Assembly (NCBI GenBank): GCA_963664825.1
Contig: OY761614.1
Span: forward strand, 2,240,001-2,304,000
Source of the DNA: an uncultured Holophaga sp.
GTDB taxonomy: Bacteria > Acidobacteriota > Holophagae > Holophagales > Holophagaceae
Length of the DNA stretch: 64,000 bases
Reading direction: 5' to 3'
Part shown: positions 28,239 through 40,096 of the stretch, in pieces
Numbering within the stretch: position 1 is the first letter of the stretch
Layout of the letters: each line of letters opens with the position of its first letter
The notes under the pieces: generated by a model
Database searches by the model: none
What the model saw: the letters and a program-made list of their open reading frames with translations, nothing else
Told to the model about the DNA's origin: nothing
Made by a program: the position numbers and the translations under genes

Positions 28239-30206
28239 CTATTCGAATTCGGGGCCCGGAATCCGTGTGGTTTCGACCTTCACGATCTCGCCATCGAGGA
28301 CCAGGGTGCTCGTGGAAGTGGGCTGGTTCATGGATAGGGTGCGCAGGGCGGCCATGGGGGCCTGGAGTTCTGCGGGAACGCTTTCGAAGAACATCACGCC
28401 GGCCCGGTACTGCTGGGGGCTTTCCAATTGCAGGTGCAGCTCCCGGAGCTGCTTGGCGTCCACGGCGTTGGGGGCGTCGGTCATCAGACACCGAGCCTGG
28501 GCGGTCTTGGGGAAGGCGATGACTTCGCGGATATTGTCCACTCCCGCCAGCAGCATCACCAGGCGATCCAGGCCCAGGGCCAGGCCCCCGTGGGGCGGGG
28601 CGCCATAGGCGAGGGCGTCCAGAAGGAAGCCGAACTTGTTGCGCGCCTCCTCCTCGCCGATGCCGATGGCCCGGAACATCCGGCTCTGGACCTCGGCGTC
28701 GTGGATGCGGATGGAGCCTCCGCCCACCTCGAAGCCGTTGAGCACCAGATCGTAGGCCACGGCGCGGCAGGCGCCGGGGTTCGTCTCCAGCATCTCCATG
28801 TCATCGGGATGGGGGCTGGTGAAGGGGTGGTGGCAGGCCACGAAGCGCTGGTTCTCCTCGCTCCACTCGAAGAGCGGGAAGTCCACCACCCAGAGGAACT
28901 CGAAGCGGGATTCGTCCAGTTGGCCGAAGGCCCGCGCCAGGCGCAGCCGCACTTCGCCCAGCACCTTGGAGGTCAGGGCGTCGGTGCCCACCGCGAAGAT
29001 GGCCAGGCCCTCCCCTTCAGCGCCCAGGGCCGTTTTCAGGGCGGCTTCCTGGGGCCCGTCTACGAACTTCTTGAAGCTGGAGGCAAATCCCTCCTTGCCC
29101 CATTTGGCGTAGGGCAGGCCGCCCCCGCCCAGATGCTTGGCCACATCCTGGAGGGCGTCCAGCTGCTTGCGGCTGTAGGCTCCTGCCTGTTCACCGGCGA
29201 AGAAGAGGGCGCGCACCCGGCGCTGGCCCTGGCTATCGGCGGCGGCGCGGAAGAGATTGAAATCGCTGGCAGCAAAGAGCGAAGTCACGTCCTGGATGCG
29301 GGTGGAGCAGCGGAGGTCGGGCTTGTCCGAACCGTACCACTCCATGGCATCCTTGTACGGGAGGCGCCGGAAGGGCAGTTGGGCTGTCTGCCCGGCCAGG
29401 GGAGCCACTTCCAGCATCAGGCCCTCGATCATGGTCTGGACATCCACGGCGCGGACGAAACTCATCTCGATATCGATCTGGGTGAACTCCGGCTGGCGGT
29501 CTGCCCGCAGATCCTCGTCCCGGAAGCAGCGGCAGATCTGGATGTAGCGCTCGAAGCCGGCCACCTGGAGGAGCTGCTTGTAGAGCTGGGGGCTCTGGGG
29601 CAGGGCGAAGAAATCCCCGGGGTGCACGCGGCTGGGCACAAGGTAATCCCGGGCCCCCTCCGGCGTGGAACGGCCCAGGATGGGGGTCTCCACGTCGATG
29701 AAGTCGTGCGCACGAAAGTAATTGCGGGTGATATTGGTGACTTCCGAGCGGAGCCGCAGATTGCGCTGGAGCTTCTCCCGCCGCAGATCCAGGAAGCGGA
29801 ATTTGAGGCGCAGATCCTCGTTGGCCTCGTTATCGCCATCTTCCACCGGGATGGGAGGGGTGGCCGCGACATTGAGAATCTTGAGGTCCGTGAGGCGCAC
29901 TTCCACGTCTCCCGTGGCCATATTGGGGTTCTTGGATTCCCGCTGGGCCACCATTCCCTCGGCTCCCAGCACGAACTCTCCCCGCACGGCCTTTAGCCGC
30001 GCCAGGAGCTCCTTGGAAGCCGTTTCCTCGTTGGCCACCAACTGCACCACGCCCCAGCGGTCCCTGAGATCGATGAAGATGAGGGAGCCCAGGTTGCGCA
30101 CCTTGCGGCACCACCCCAGGAGGCGCACCGTCTCTCCTATATGGGCGAGCCGGAGTTCTCCGTTCTTGTGCGTGCGTTGGAAGTCGTCGAGCCGATCGAG
30201 TTTCAT
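28239..30206 (-). CDS. aspS: Aspartate--tRNA ligase
   Basis: STPEGARDYLVPSR, LPQSPQLYKQLL, CFRDEDLRADRQPEFTQ and PPHGGLALGLDRL. Confidence 0.98.
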   Translation of the reverse strand: MKLDRLDDFQRTHKNGELRLAHIGETVRLLGWCRKVRNLGSLIFIDLRDRWGVVQLVANEETASKELLARLKAVRGEFVLGAEGMVAQRESKNPNMATGDVEVRLTDLKILNVAATPPIPVEDGDNEANEDLRLKFRFLDLRREKLQRNLRLRSEVTNITRNYFRAHDFIDVETPILGRSTPEGARDYLVPSRVHPGDFFALPQSPQLYKQLLQVAGFERYIQICRCFRDEDLRADRQPEFTQIDIEMSFVRAVDVQTMIEGLMLEVAPLAGQTAQLPFRRLPYKDAMEWYGSDKPDLRCSTRIQDVTSLFAASDFNLFRAAADSQGQRRVRALFFAGEQAGAYSRKQLDALQDVAKHLGGGGLPYAKWGKEGFASSFKKFVDGPQEAALKTALGAEGEGLAIFAVGTDALTSKVLGEVRLRLARAFGQLDESRFEFLWVVDFPLFEWSEENQRFVACHHPFTSPHPDDMEMLETNPGACRAVAYDLVLNGFEVGGGSIRIHDAEVQSRMFRAIGIGEEEARNKFGFLLDALAYGAPPHGGLALGLDRLVMLLAGVDNIREVIAFPKTAQARCLMTDAPNAVDAKQLRELHLQLESPQQYRAGVMFFESVPAELQAPMAALRTLSMNQPTSTSTLVLDGEIVKVETTRIPGPEFE

Positions 30207-30403
30207 AGCCTTCTAGGATCGCACCTGGGGGGTGTGGGCTCAACCGCCAATGGCACCGAAGGCCTCTGGGCTTCTTGGAATTTCGAAGGCAATCCTATTT
30301 TTTCACGAAATGCGGTTAATATTAGGCGCTCCCATCCTGGAGCCAAATTAATATGAAAAGGGACCCGCGGCCTTAGTGTCGCGCCAGTCCCTGACGGGGT
30401 TCC

Positions 30404-33400
30404 ATGAGAAATTCCATTTGGTCATGGTTCACAAACCTCGCGCTGGCGTTGGTTTTATCTATTTCGTGTATGGCGGCGGGAGGAAAACAGGCCCGGGTTC
30501 CCGTGGGCCGAGTTCCCTTTCAGAGCTATGGGGCCTCCCAGGGACTCGAGAACCTAGCGGTCTGGTGCATGGAGCAGGACACCGATGGCTTCCTGTGGGT
30601 GGGTACCGAGGATGGGCTATTCCGCTATGACGGCCTGAGATTCCAGGCCTTCCGGCAGGAATCGGGATTGCAGAGCACCTGGGTTCGGGCCCTCTGCGCC
30701 GCGGCTTCCGGCCGCCTATGGATCGGCACCACCCGCGGCCTGGCGCTTCGAGAAAAGGGACGGATCCATTCCTTTGGGGAAGCCGAGGGCCTGCCTCAGG
30801 CGGAAGTCTTCGCGCTGGCCCTGGATGCGGAAAACCGGCTCTGGGTGGCCACGGATGGCGGCCTCTTCCGGGAACGGAAGAATCATGGGGGATTCGAGGC
30901 CGCTCCCGGTTGGCCCGGGAGGGCGCTGGCCCGCAGTCTCTGGATGGATGGCAAGGCGGTCTATGTCACCAGTCAGGCGAGACTCCTCCGCTACGACCAC
31001 GGGGACCCGAGGGCCCCCGTGGAGGTGTCAGGCCCCTGGCGAGAGCGGTTGGACGCCGTATTGAAGGATGGCCAGGGGCGTCTCTGGGTGCGGTCCCGCA
31101 GCGGCCTTTGGATGCGCTCAAAGGCGGAGGGGCCTTTCCTGGATCTCAGTCAACGCGTGGGACCTGCTGCCTATGATGGCGCCCTGAGGCTGACCGCCCG
31201 GGGCACGTTGCTGATCCCTTCGGTGGACGGGCTCATGCGGGTTCACGGAGAGACCTGGGAACTCGTCGGTGAGGCCCAGGGGATGCCCACTCCCTACGTC
31301 CATCGGGCCATGGAGGACCGGGAAGGCTGTCTCTGGGCGGGCGGGCAGGGGCTGCACCGCACACTCAGTCGCGAGGTCTGGCGGCAGTATACGAGCCAGA
31401 ACGGCATCAAGGGCGGCGTCGTGTGGTCCATCATCCAGGATGCGCGGGGACGCATCTGGGCGGGTACGATCAATGGCATCTGCGAAGCCAGGGACGGCGC
31501 GTGGAATTTGGTGCCGGGAACCCGTAATCAAGCCTTTCTGGCCCTGGCCCTGGCCCCGGATGGGGCCCTCTGGATGGGGGGGGCGCCCGCTCGCCTCAGG
31601 CGCTGGGTTCCTGGGACTTCCCAGTGGCTGGAATTACCCAAGCCTGATTCGACCATCACCAGCCTAGCCTTCGATGCCCAGGGGGTCTTGTGGGTGGCCA
31701 CCCGCCGCCAGGGGCTGTTCCGCGTGGTGAAGCGGGGCCCTTCCTATGATGTCGAACCCTTTTCGCTGCCCGGGGCCCAAGGGGGAGAGCGGGTGCTGAG
31801 CCTCTCGGCGGGCAGGAACGGTCGCCTGTGGCTGACCAGCACCAACGGGCTCCTGGTGCTGGAAGGTGGCCAATGGCATCGGTTTGGCACGGAGCAGGGC
31901 CTGAAGAAGGCCAGCCTGCTTGCCGTGCACGAGCGCTCCAACGGCGATATCTGGGTCAGCTACCAGGATGTGCAGGGGTTGAGCCGCTTTCGCTACGAGG
32001 GCGGTCGCCTCGTTCTAATGGAACATCTGGATCAGTCCCGGGGCTTCGTGGCCCGGAAGGCGTACTTCGTGGGAGAGGACACCCTGGGACGCCTCTGGGT
32101 GGGCACCTCCCAGGGGGCGGCCCTCTTCGATGGCAGCCGCTTTCACTACTTTGGTGTGGCCGATGGCCTGCCCGGAGAGGACTGCAATGGCACCGGCTTC
32201 CTGGCTGAACCCGGTGGGAATGTGTGGGTGGGGACCCTGGGTGGACTGGCTCGCTTTCACCAGGAATTGTTCGAAGGTTCCCCCAAGCCACCCACATCCT
32301 TCGTGCTTTCGGTGGAGTGCGGGAATCGCCGCCTGGAGGCTCCCTTCCTGGATGGCATAAAAATCCCCCGACAGGACGCCAATGTCGAATTCCGTTTCAC
32401 GGGACTCACCTACCTCTACGAGACGCGGGTGCTGCACCAGATCCGCCTCGTGGGCCTGGAGAACGCCTGGAGGAACACCGATATCCGTCAGGCCCGGTAT
32501 ACCCGCCTGGCTCCCGGCACGTACCGTTTCGAAGTGCGGGCGGGCTTTGGCGACGGGGTCTGGGGCCCGGTGGCGGGATTTTCCTTCGAGGTGCTCCCCG
32601 CCTGGTACCAGACTTGGTGGTGTCGGACACTGGCGATATTTGGCCTGTTGGGCCTTGTCGCCGCGGTCGTGCGGGGGCGCATGAAGGCGCTCGAACATCG
32701 GAATCGTGAGCTGGAGAGCATGGTGGAAGTGCGGACCCACGCCTTGGCGAAAGCCAACGAGACCCTGCAACAACTCACCGTCACCGATCCCCTCACGGGC
32801 CTCAAGAACCGGCGCTTCCTGGACCTCACCATCCAGGACGATCTGGCCGTGGTGCATCGGGACTACCAGACCATCAGCCGTGGCCAGGTGGATCGCATGC
32901 CGGTCAATGTGGACATGGTCTTCCTCATGGTGGACCTGGATCACTTCAAACTCGTCAACGACACCTATGGCCATGCGGCCGGGGATCTCATGCTCCAGCA
33001 GGTGCGCGATCGCCTCCTGGAAGCCGTGCGCGATTCCGATACGGTGGTCCGCTGGGGTGGCGAGGAATTCCTGGTGGTGACCCGGCACACGGACCGGGCC
33101 CAGGGGAATTTCATCGCCTCCAGGATCCTGGAACTCATCAGGTCCCGCCCCTTCGATCTGGGCAACGGCGTGAAGATCCACAAGACCTGTTCCCTGGGCT
33201 ACTGTCCCTATCCCATGGCCCCGAAACATCCCGATGCCCTCCCGTGGCAGCGGATGGTGGAGGTGGCCGATCGCTGTCTGTATGCCGCGAAATTGAGCGG
33301 GCGGGATGGCTGGGTCGGCTTCCAGGGGGAATGCACCCAGCCTGATTCGGTGATCGAATTCCTGGATTCCGCCGAGACCGTCTGCCCCGATCACTGCCAA

Positions 33401-33496
33401 GTGCTCACCAGCTTCCCGGATGCTTCCAAGCTCTGTTGGCATGAGCCGGCCAGGGACCGACCTTCAGAATCAGATGGGGATCTTTCAAACGAATAA
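30404..33496 (+). CDS. Diguanylate cyclase with periplasmic beta-propeller (Reg_prop) and Y_Y_Y sensor domains
   Basis: Repeated D..G.LW.GT motifs; YTRLAPGTYRFEV; one TM; DPLTGLKNRR, DLDHFK.VNDTYGH, I-site RDSD and RWGGEEF. Confidence 0.93.
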   Translation: MRNSIWSWFTNLALALVLSISCMAAGGKQARVPVGRVPFQSYGASQGLENLAVWCMEQDTDGFLWVGTEDGLFRYDGLRFQAFRQESGLQSTWVRALCAAASGRLWIGTTRGLALREKGRIHSFGEAEGLPQAEVFALALDAENRLWVATDGGLFRERKNHGGFEAAPGWPGRALARSLWMDGKAVYVTSQARLLRYDHGDPRAPVEVSGPWRERLDAVLKDGQGRLWVRSRSGLWMRSKAEGPFLDLSQRVGPAAYDGALRLTARGTLLIPSVDGLMRVHGETWELVGEAQGMPTPYVHRAMEDREGCLWAGGQGLHRTLSREVWRQYTSQNGIKGGVVWSIIQDARGRIWAGTINGICEARDGAWNLVPGTRNQAFLALALAPDGALWMGGAPARLRRWVPGTSQWLELPKPDSTITSLAFDAQGVLWVATRRQGLFRVVKRGPSYDVEPFSLPGAQGGERVLSLSAGRNGRLWLTSTNGLLVLEGGQWHRFGTEQGLKKASLLAVHERSNGDIWVSYQDVQGLSRFRYEGGRLVLMEHLDQSRGFVARKAYFVGEDTLGRLWVGTSQGAALFDGSRFHYFGVADGLPGEDCNGTGFLAEPGGNVWVGTLGGLARFHQELFEGSPKPPTSFVLSVECGNRRLEAPFLDGIKIPRQDANVEFRFTGLTYLYETRVLHQIRLVGLENAWRNTDIRQARYTRLAPGTYRFEVRAGFGDGVWGPVAGFSFEVLPAWYQTWWCRTLAIFGLLGLVAAVVRGRMKALEHRNRELESMVEVRTHALAKANETLQQLTVTDPLTGLKNRRFLDLTIQDDLAVVHRDYQTISRGQVDRMPVNVDMVFLMVDLDHFKLVNDTYGHAAGDLMLQQVRDRLLEAVRDSDTVVRWGGEEFLVVTRHTDRAQGNFIASRILELIRSRPFDLGNGVKIHKTCSLGYCPYPMAPKHPDALPWQRMVEVADRCLYAAKLSGRDGWVGFQGECTQPDSVIEFLDSAETVCPDHCQVLTSFPDASKLCWHEPARDRPSESDGDLSNE

Positions 33497-33498
33497 AT

Positions 33499-33686
33499 TC
33501 ACCACGGAGGCACAGAGCACACTGAGAAAAGCGGGTGGAGAAGCCCGCGGCGATTCAGGATTATCTACCATGAAAGAGGGGACCGCCCGCTCACTAAAGC
33601 TCGCTCTGTGTCCCCCCTTTGATCCCCACGTGGTGTCCAGGCGAAGCCCGGACACCACGTCTGTGTCCTTCGAGTCCTCGTGGTGA
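33499..33686. repeat. MITE-like intergenic element with imperfect inverted ends and an internal hairpin
   Basis: TCACCACGGAGGCACAGAGCAC (33499-33520) versus reverse complement TCACCACGAGGACTCGAAGGACACAG (33661-33686); hairpin at 33628-33660. Confidence 0.6.
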
Positions 33687-33690
33687 GGTT

Positions 33691-36600
33691 TCATCTGCTG
33701 GCGCGCAGCCTGGCCCATCTCAGCCTCAGTCGATCCATGTAGAGGTAGATCACGGGGGTCGTGTAAAGCGTCAGGAGCTGGCTGAAGAGCAGTCCACCCA
33801 CGATGGCGATGCCCAGGGGGCGGCGCATCTCGGCGCCTGTGCCCATGCCGATGGCCAGGGGGAGGCCGCCCAGCATGGCGGCCATGGTGGTCATGGTGAT
33901 GGGGCGAAAGCGCAGCAGGCAGGCCTGGAAGATGGCCTCTTCTGGTGTGCTGCCTTCATGTCGTTCCACTTCGATGGCGAAATCGATCATGAGGATGGCG
34001 TTCTTCTTCACGATGCCGATGAGCAGGATGATGCCGATGAAGGCGATGACGGTCAGCTCCGTCCGGCAGGCCAGCAGGGCCAGCAGGGCCCCGACTCCCG
34101 CCGAGGGCAGGGTGGAGATGATGGTGAGGGGGTGGATCAGGCTTTCGTAGAGCACGCCTAGCACGATGTAGACCGCCAGAATCGCGGCCAGCACGAGCAG
34201 CGGCTGGTTGGATAGGGAGGACTTGAAGGCCTGGGCGGTGCCCATGTAGGTTCCCCGGATGCTGCCGGGCAGGCGGATTTCCTCCTGGGCGTGATCGATG
34301 GCCTTGACGGCGTCCCCCAGGGCCGCGCCCGGGGGCAGGTTGAAGGAGATGGTGACGGAGGGGGCCTGGCCCTGGTGGTTCACGGAGAGGGGCGTGTTCC
34401 TTCGTTGGAAGGACGTGAAGGCGCTCAAGGGGACCAGGCTGTCCTGGGTGGAGTGGACATAGATGTGATTCAGGCCCTCGGGGGTCTGCCAGAATTCCGG
34501 GTCCACCCCCAGGACCACGTGGTACTGGTTGAGGGGCGTGTAGAGGGTCGATACGAAGCGCTGGCCAAACGCATCGTAGAGCGTGTTATCGATCATCTGG
34601 GCCGTGACGCCCAGCCGGGATGCGGTCTCCCGGTCGATCACCAGGTTGGCCTCGAGGCCCTTGTTCTGGAGATCCGTGTTGACGTCGGCCAGCTCCTTCA
34701 AGGTCCGGAGCTTCTGGAGCACCCGCGGGGCCCATTCGAGGAGCTCCCGAGTGTCGTCGGCCTGGAGGGTGTATTGGAACTGGGCCGCGCCTCCGCGCCC
34801 TCCGATCCGGAGATCCTGCACGGACTGGAGGATGAGCGTGGCGCCGGGGATATGGGCCGTCTGCTTGCGGATCCGCGCGATGACCTGATCGGCATTGGCG
34901 TCCCGCTGTTCCTTGGGCTTGAGAGCGATGTTCATGCCGCCGGTGTTGCCGCTGCCGATGCGGGCCGTGACCGCCTCCACGGCGGGGTCGGCCTGGACGA
35001 TATCAGCGAACTGGTTCATCAGCCGTTCCATACCCTTGAAGGAGATATCCTGTTCCGCCTTGATGTTCCCGCTGACCCGTCCCGTGTCCTGCTGGGGGAA
35101 GAAACCCTTGGGGATGAAGATATAGAGGGCCACAGTGGCGGCCATGGTCCCCAGGGCCACTCCCAGCGTCAGGCGCTGGTGCCTGAGGACCCAGGCGAGG
35201 GAATGTTCGTACTGGTGCAGGATCCATTGGAAAACGCGCTCACTGGCCTGGAAGGCCCTTCCGTGCTTTTCCTTGTTCTGGGGGCGCAGCAGGCGCGAAC
35301 ACATCATGGGCGTCGTGGTCAGGGAGATGACCATGGAGATCAGGATGGCCACCGAAAGCGTGACAGCGAATTCCCGGAAGAGCCGTCCCACGATGCCCCC
35401 CATGAGCAAAATCGGGATGAAGACCGCAATGAGGGAGATGCTGATGGAGACTACCGTGAAGCCGATCTCCTGGGCGCCGTGGAGAGCCGCTTCCATGGGC
35501 TCCATGCCATGTTCGAGGTGGCGGGTGATGTTCTCCACCACCACGATGGCGTCGTCAACCACGAAGCCCGTGGCGACCGTGAGGGCCATGAGCGACAGGT
35601 TATCGATGGTGTAGCCCAGGAGGTACATGGCGCCGAAGGTGCCGATGAGGGAAATGGGTACCGCGACGCTGGGGATCAGCGTGGAGCGCCAGCTCCGCAG
35701 GAAGAGGAACACCACCAGGATCACCAGGGCAATGGAGATCAGCATGGCGGTCTGGACATCGGTGACCGAGGCGCGGACGGTGCGCGTGGCGTCGATCATC
35801 ACCTGAAGATCCATGGTGGGCGGCAGGGAGGCCTTCAGATCCGGGAGGATGGCCTTGATCCGGTCCACGGTCTCGATCATGTTCGCGCCGGGCTGTCGGA
35901 AGATGACCACCTGGATGGCCGGGGATCCGTTCGTGGTGCCGGCGCTGAAGACGTTTTCCACGGAGTCCGAGACCTTGGCCACGTCCTGGAGATGTAGGGC
36001 GGCGCCTGCCTTGAAGGAGAGGATCAGGGGTTGGTAGTCCACCGCCTTCATCAACTGGTCGTTGGCGGCCAGGGACCATGTGGAGTGCGCGTCGGAGAGA
36101 TCCCCCTTGGGGCGGTTGATATTGGCATTGGCGATGGATTGACGCACATCCTCGAAGCCGAGGCCGCGGCTGTTCAAGGCGATGGGGTTCACGTCCACCC
36201 GCACGGCTGGAAGGGCGCCGCCCCAGACGAAGACCTGTCCGACCCCTGGGATCTGGGAGAGCTTCTGCTGGAGCACCGAGGAACCGATGTCGTACATCTT
36301 CTCCCGGGGCACGATCTTGGAGGTGAGGGCCAGGAGCAGGATGGGCGCGTCTGCGGGATTGACCTTGCGGTAGGAGGGGTTGTTGGGGAGGTTGGCGGGC
36401 AGGTTGCCGCGGGCTGCGTTGATGGCCGCCTGAATATCCCGGGCCGCCGCGTCGATATTCCGGTTGAGATCGAACTGGAGCGTGATGCTGGTGGACCCCA
36501 GGGTACTGGCCGAGGTCATCTCCGTGACTCCGGCGATGCGCCCGAACTGGCGCTCCAGGGGCGTGGCCACAGAAGAAGCCATGGTCTCCGGGCTCGCGCC

Positions 36601-36762
36601 GGGCAGTCCCGCCTGCACCTGGATGGTGGGGAATTCCACCTGGGGCAGCGGCGAGACCGGTAGGAACTGGTAGGCGATGGCCCCCAGCAGTGCCAGGGCC
36701 GCCGTCAGTAGCGTCGTGGCCACTGGGCGGCGGATGAAGGGGGCGGAGATGCCTGCGCTCAT
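33691..36762 (-). CDS. mdtC: RND efflux permease, MdtC-like
   Basis: [30 protein letters not shown] and GIVKKNAI; second of two RND subunits. Confidence 0.88.
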   Translation of the reverse strand: MSAGISAPFIRRPVATTLLTAALALLGAIAYQFLPVSPLPQVEFPTIQVQAGLPGASPETMASSVATPLERQFGRIAGVTEMTSASTLGSTSITLQFDLNRNIDAAARDIQAAINAARGNLPANLPNNPSYRKVNPADAPILLLALTSKIVPREKMYDIGSSVLQQKLSQIPGVGQVFVWGGALPAVRVDVNPIALNSRGLGFEDVRQSIANANINRPKGDLSDAHSTWSLAANDQLMKAVDYQPLILSFKAGAALHLQDVAKVSDSVENVFSAGTTNGSPAIQVVIFRQPGANMIETVDRIKAILPDLKASLPPTMDLQVMIDATRTVRASVTDVQTAMLISIALVILVVFLFLRSWRSTLIPSVAVPISLIGTFGAMYLLGYTIDNLSLMALTVATGFVVDDAIVVVENITRHLEHGMEPMEAALHGAQEIGFTVVSISISLIAVFIPILLMGGIVGRLFREFAVTLSVAILISMVISLTTTPMMCSRLLRPQNKEKHGRAFQASERVFQWILHQYEHSLAWVLRHQRLTLGVALGTMAATVALYIFIPKGFFPQQDTGRVSGNIKAEQDISFKGMERLMNQFADIVQADPAVEAVTARIGSGNTGGMNIALKPKEQRDANADQVIARIRKQTAHIPGATLILQSVQDLRIGGRGGAAQFQYTLQADDTRELLEWAPRVLQKLRTLKELADVNTDLQNKGLEANLVIDRETASRLGVTAQMIDNTLYDAFGQRFVSTLYTPLNQYHVVLGVDPEFWQTPEGLNHIYVHSTQDSLVPLSAFTSFQRRNTPLSVNHQGQAPSVTISFNLPPGAALGDAVKAIDHAQEEIRLPGSIRGTYMGTAQAFKSSLSNQPLLVLAAILAVYIVLGVLYESLIHPLTIISTLPSAGVGALLALLACRTELTVIAFIGIILLIGIVKKNAILMIDFAIEVERHEGSTPEEAIFQACLLRFRPITMTTMAAMLGGLPLAIGMGTGAEMRRPLGIAIVGGLLFSQLLTLYTTPVIYLYMDRLRLRWARLRASR

Positions 36763-39700
36763 TCGGGTTCAGCGGGATTGGCACCGCGGAGGCGGCGCGC
36801 GAGCCGATCGAAGGCCAGGTAGATGACGGGCGTCGTGTAGAGCGTCAAAACCTGGCTGAAGATCAGGCCTCCCACGATGGCGATGCCCAAGGGCCTCCGA
36901 AGTTCGGAGCCGACCCCCGTGCCTAGCGCCAGGGGCACGCCGCCCAGGAGGGCCGCCAGGGTCGTCATGATGATGGGGCGGAAGCGCAGGAGCGCCGCCC
37001 TGTAGATGGCCTGGGGGGGTGCCATGCCATCCTTGCGCTCGGCCTCCAGGGCGAAGTCGATCATCATGATGGCGTTCTTCTCCACGATGCCGATGAGCAG
37101 GATGATGCCGATGAGGGCGATGACGCTGAAGTCCGTGCGGCAGAGCATCAGGGATAGCAGGGCGCCCACCCCAGCCGAGGGGAGGGTGGAGAGGATCGTG
37201 ATGGGGTGGATGTAGCTCTCGTAGAGCACACCCAGCAGGATGTAGACCGTGAGGACTGCCGCCAGGATGAGCCAGGGGGTATTGGCCAGGGAGGCTCCGA
37301 AGGCCTGGGCCGTGCCTTGGAAGCCGGCCTTGAGGCTGGGGGGCATCTCGATATCTCGCTTGGTCCGGTCGATGACCTTCACGGCGTCTCCCAGGGAGAC
37401 GTTCGGCGCGAGGTTGAAGGAGACGGTGGCCGCCGGGAACTGGCCCTGGTGGTTGATGGCCAGGGGCGTATTCAGGATCTCCATGCGCGTGAAGGCGCTC
37501 AAGGGCACCGAGCCCCCGGAGGCCGAGCGCACGAAGATATTCTGCAGATCTTCGGGTCGCCGGTGAAGGCCCGGCGTGGCTTCCAGCACCACGTGATACT
37601 GGTTCAGTTGCGTGAACATCGTGGAAATCTGGCGCTGACCGAAGGCATCGTAGAGGGCGTCATCGAGCATCTGGGGGGTGATGCCCAGGCGGGAGGCCGT
37701 GCTGCGGTCCAGGATTAGCCGCACCTGGAGGCCTGCGTTCTGCTGATCGCTGGCCACGTCCCGCAGTTCCGGAAGATCCTGGAGCCGGGCCACGAAGCGG
37801 GGCACCCATTCGCCGAGCTCCTTGGCGTCGGCATCCTCCAGGGAGTACTGGTACTGGGTGCGACTCACCCGGTCCTCCACCGTGAGGTCCTGCACGGGCT
37901 GCATGAAGAGCTGGATGCTGCCCACCTTGGCGAGTTCGGGCCGGAGGCGCCGGATCACGTCGCTGGCGCTGAGACGGCGTTCATGAAGGGGCTTGAGGTT
38001 GATTTGGATGCGGCCGCTATTGAGGGTGGTATTGGTGCCATCGATCCCGATGAAGGAAGATAGGCTCGCCACGGCGGGGTCCTGGAGGATCACCCTGGTC
38101 AGGGTCTGTTGTCGTTCGGCCATGGTGGCAAAGGAGACGGTCTGGGGCGCTTCCGAGATACCCAGGATCACGCCCGTATCCTGTACGGGGAAAAATCCCT
38201 TGGCGATGACCAGGTAGAGCAGGACGGTAGAGGCCAGCGTGGCCACGGCCACCGCCAGGGTGGCCTTCTGGTGCTCCAGCACCCAGCTCAGCGTCCGCCC
38301 GTAGAAGGCGATGATGTCCTGGAAGACCTTTTCTGAGGCCTGGTAGAAGCGGCCCTGTTCGCTGGGCTTTTTGTGCTTAAGCAGCTTGGCGCACATCATG
38401 GGCGTCAGCGTCAGCGAGACCACGGCCGATACCAGGATCGTCACGCTGAGTGTGACGGCGAACTCCCGGAAGAGGCGGCCCACGATATCGCCCATGAAGA
38501 GCAGGGGAATGAGCACGGCGATCAGGGATACGGTGAGAGACAGGATGGTGAAGCCGATCTGCCCGGCGCCCTTGAGGGCCGCCTGGAGAGGCGGTTCTCC
38601 CTCCTCGATGTAGCGCATGATGTTTTCGATCATCACGATGGCATCGTCGACCACGAAGCCCGTGGAGATGGTGAGCGCCATGAGGGTCAGGTTGTTCAGG
38701 CTGTAGCCCAGCAGGTACATGACGCCGAAGGTCCCCACGATCGATAGGGGTACGGCCACGCTGGGGATGATGGTGGCCGCCAGCGTCCGCAGGAAGAGGA
38801 AGATCACCATCACCACGAGGGCGATGGTGAGCATCAGGGTGAACTCCACATCCTCCACCGAGGCTCGGATGGTGGTGGTGCGGTCCGTGAGAATGGAGAG
38901 TTCGACAGCAGATGGCAGGGAGGCGCGGAGTTGGGGGAGGAGATCCTTCACCCGGTCCACCACGGCGATGATATTGGCCCCAGGTTGGCGCTGGATATTG
39001 AGGATCACGGCGGGGGTCGTGTTCATCCAGGCCGCCTGCTTGGTGTTCTCCACATCGTCGACCACCGTGGCCACATCCGAAAGGGCGATGGGGGCGCCAT
39101 TCTTGTAGGCGACGATCAGGGGCTTGTACTGTTCGCTGGAGAGGAGCTGGTCGTTGGCTCCGATGGCATAGGCCTGCCGGGCGCCGTCGAAGCTGCCCTT
39201 GGCCTGGTTGACATTGGCCTGTGTGATGGAGGTGCGGACATCGGCCAGGGTGAGCCCGTAGGAAGAAAGGGCCGTGGGGTTCGCCTGGATGCGTACGGCG
39301 GGCTTCTGGCCGCCGCTGATGCTCACCAGGCCCACTCCCGGAAGCTGGCTGATCTTCTGGGCCAGGCGGGTATCGGCGAAGTCCTCCACCTTGGAGAGGG
39401 GCAGGGATTTGGACGTGAGGGCTAGGGTCAGGATCGGAGCGTCGGCGGGGTTGGTCTTGCTGTAGATCGGCGGGTTGGGGAGGTCCTTGGGCAGGTAGGT
39501 GCCCGCCGCGTTGACGGCGGCCTGCACCTGCTGCTCGGCCACGTCGATATTGAGGTCCAGCACGAACTGCAGGGTGATGATGGAGCTGCCGCCGGAGCTG
39601 GCCGAGGACATGCGGTTGAGGCCCGGCAGCTGTCCGAACTGGCGCTCCAGGGGGGCCGTGATGGCCGATGCGATGACATCGGGGCTGGCGCCGGGGTAGA

Positions 39701-39848
39701 AGGTGACGACCTGGATGGTGGGGTAGTCCACTTGGGGCAGGGCCGAGACGGGCAACTGGCGGAAGGCGATGGCGCCCACCAGCAGGAGGCCCGCCATCAG
39801 GAGCGAGGTCGCGATGGGGCGCAGGATGAAGGGACGGGAGAGGTTCAC
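36759..39848 (-). CDS. mdtB: RND efflux permease, MdtB-like
   Basis: [33 protein letters not shown] and [12 protein letters not shown] start. Confidence 0.9.
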   Translation of the reverse strand: MNLSRPFILRPIATSLLMAGLLLVGAIAFRQLPVSALPQVDYPTIQVVTFYPGASPDVIASAITAPLERQFGQLPGLNRMSSASSGGSSIITLQFVLDLNIDVAEQQVQAAVNAAGTYLPKDLPNPPIYSKTNPADAPILTLALTSKSLPLSKVEDFADTRLAQKISQLPGVGLVSISGGQKPAVRIQANPTALSSYGLTLADVRTSITQANVNQAKGSFDGARQAYAIGANDQLLSSEQYKPLIVAYKNGAPIALSDVATVVDDVENTKQAAWMNTTPAVILNIQRQPGANIIAVVDRVKDLLPQLRASLPSAVELSILTDRTTTIRASVEDVEFTLMLTIALVVMVIFLFLRTLAATIIPSVAVPLSIVGTFGVMYLLGYSLNNLTLMALTISTGFVVDDAIVMIENIMRYIEEGEPPLQAALKGAGQIGFTILSLTVSLIAVLIPLLFMGDIVGRLFREFAVTLSVTILVSAVVSLTLTPMMCAKLLKHKKPSEQGRFYQASEKVFQDIIAFYGRTLSWVLEHQKATLAVAVATLASTVLLYLVIAKGFFPVQDTGVILGISEAPQTVSFATMAERQQTLTRVILQDPAVASLSSFIGIDGTNTTLNSGRIQINLKPLHERRLSASDVIRRLRPELAKVGSIQLFMQPVQDLTVEDRVSRTQYQYSLEDADAKELGEWVPRFVARLQDLPELRDVASDQQNAGLQVRLILDRSTASRLGITPQMLDDALYDAFGQRQISTMFTQLNQYHVVLEATPGLHRRPEDLQNIFVRSASGGSVPLSAFTRMEILNTPLAINHQGQFPAATVSFNLAPNVSLGDAVKVIDRTKRDIEMPPSLKAGFQGTAQAFGASLANTPWLILAAVLTVYILLGVLYESYIHPITILSTLPSAGVGALLSLMLCRTDFSVIALIGIILLIGIVEKNAIMMIDFALEAERKDGMAPPQAIYRAALLRFRPIIMTTLAALLGGVPLALGTGVGSELRRPLGIAIVGGLIFSQVLTLYTTPVIYLAFDRLARRLRGANPAEPE

Positions 39849-40096
39849 GCGGCACTTCCTGTGCCGCGCCCCTTCGGGGCTGTGCTTCGCACGGTGGCCC
39901 TCCGCTCCTGCTGCGCGCTCACGGCAGCACTTCCTGTGCCGCGCCCCTTCGGGGCCGTGCTTCGCACGGTGGCCCTCCGCTCCTGCTCCGGGCTCACGCG
40001 ATCGCTTCCTGTGCGCCGCCCTCCCGACCGCCGTGCGCCGTCGGGACCCGGCGAGGAGGGAATCACATGGAGCCTCTGCTCCTGCTGCGCGCTCAC
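39845..40096 (-). repeat. Three tandem GTGA-delimited repeat units (99, 75 and 74 bp) forming an 83-aa bridging ORF
   Basis: TCAC at 39845, 39919, 39994 and 40093; units start GTGAGC.CG.AGCAGGAGC and end CACAGGAAG-N6-7. Confidence 0.9.

Noticed and set aside
39845..40096. CRISPR array or genuine 83-aa functional protein
   Set aside because: No unique spacers; the peptide is low-complexity and simply reflects the DNA repeat.
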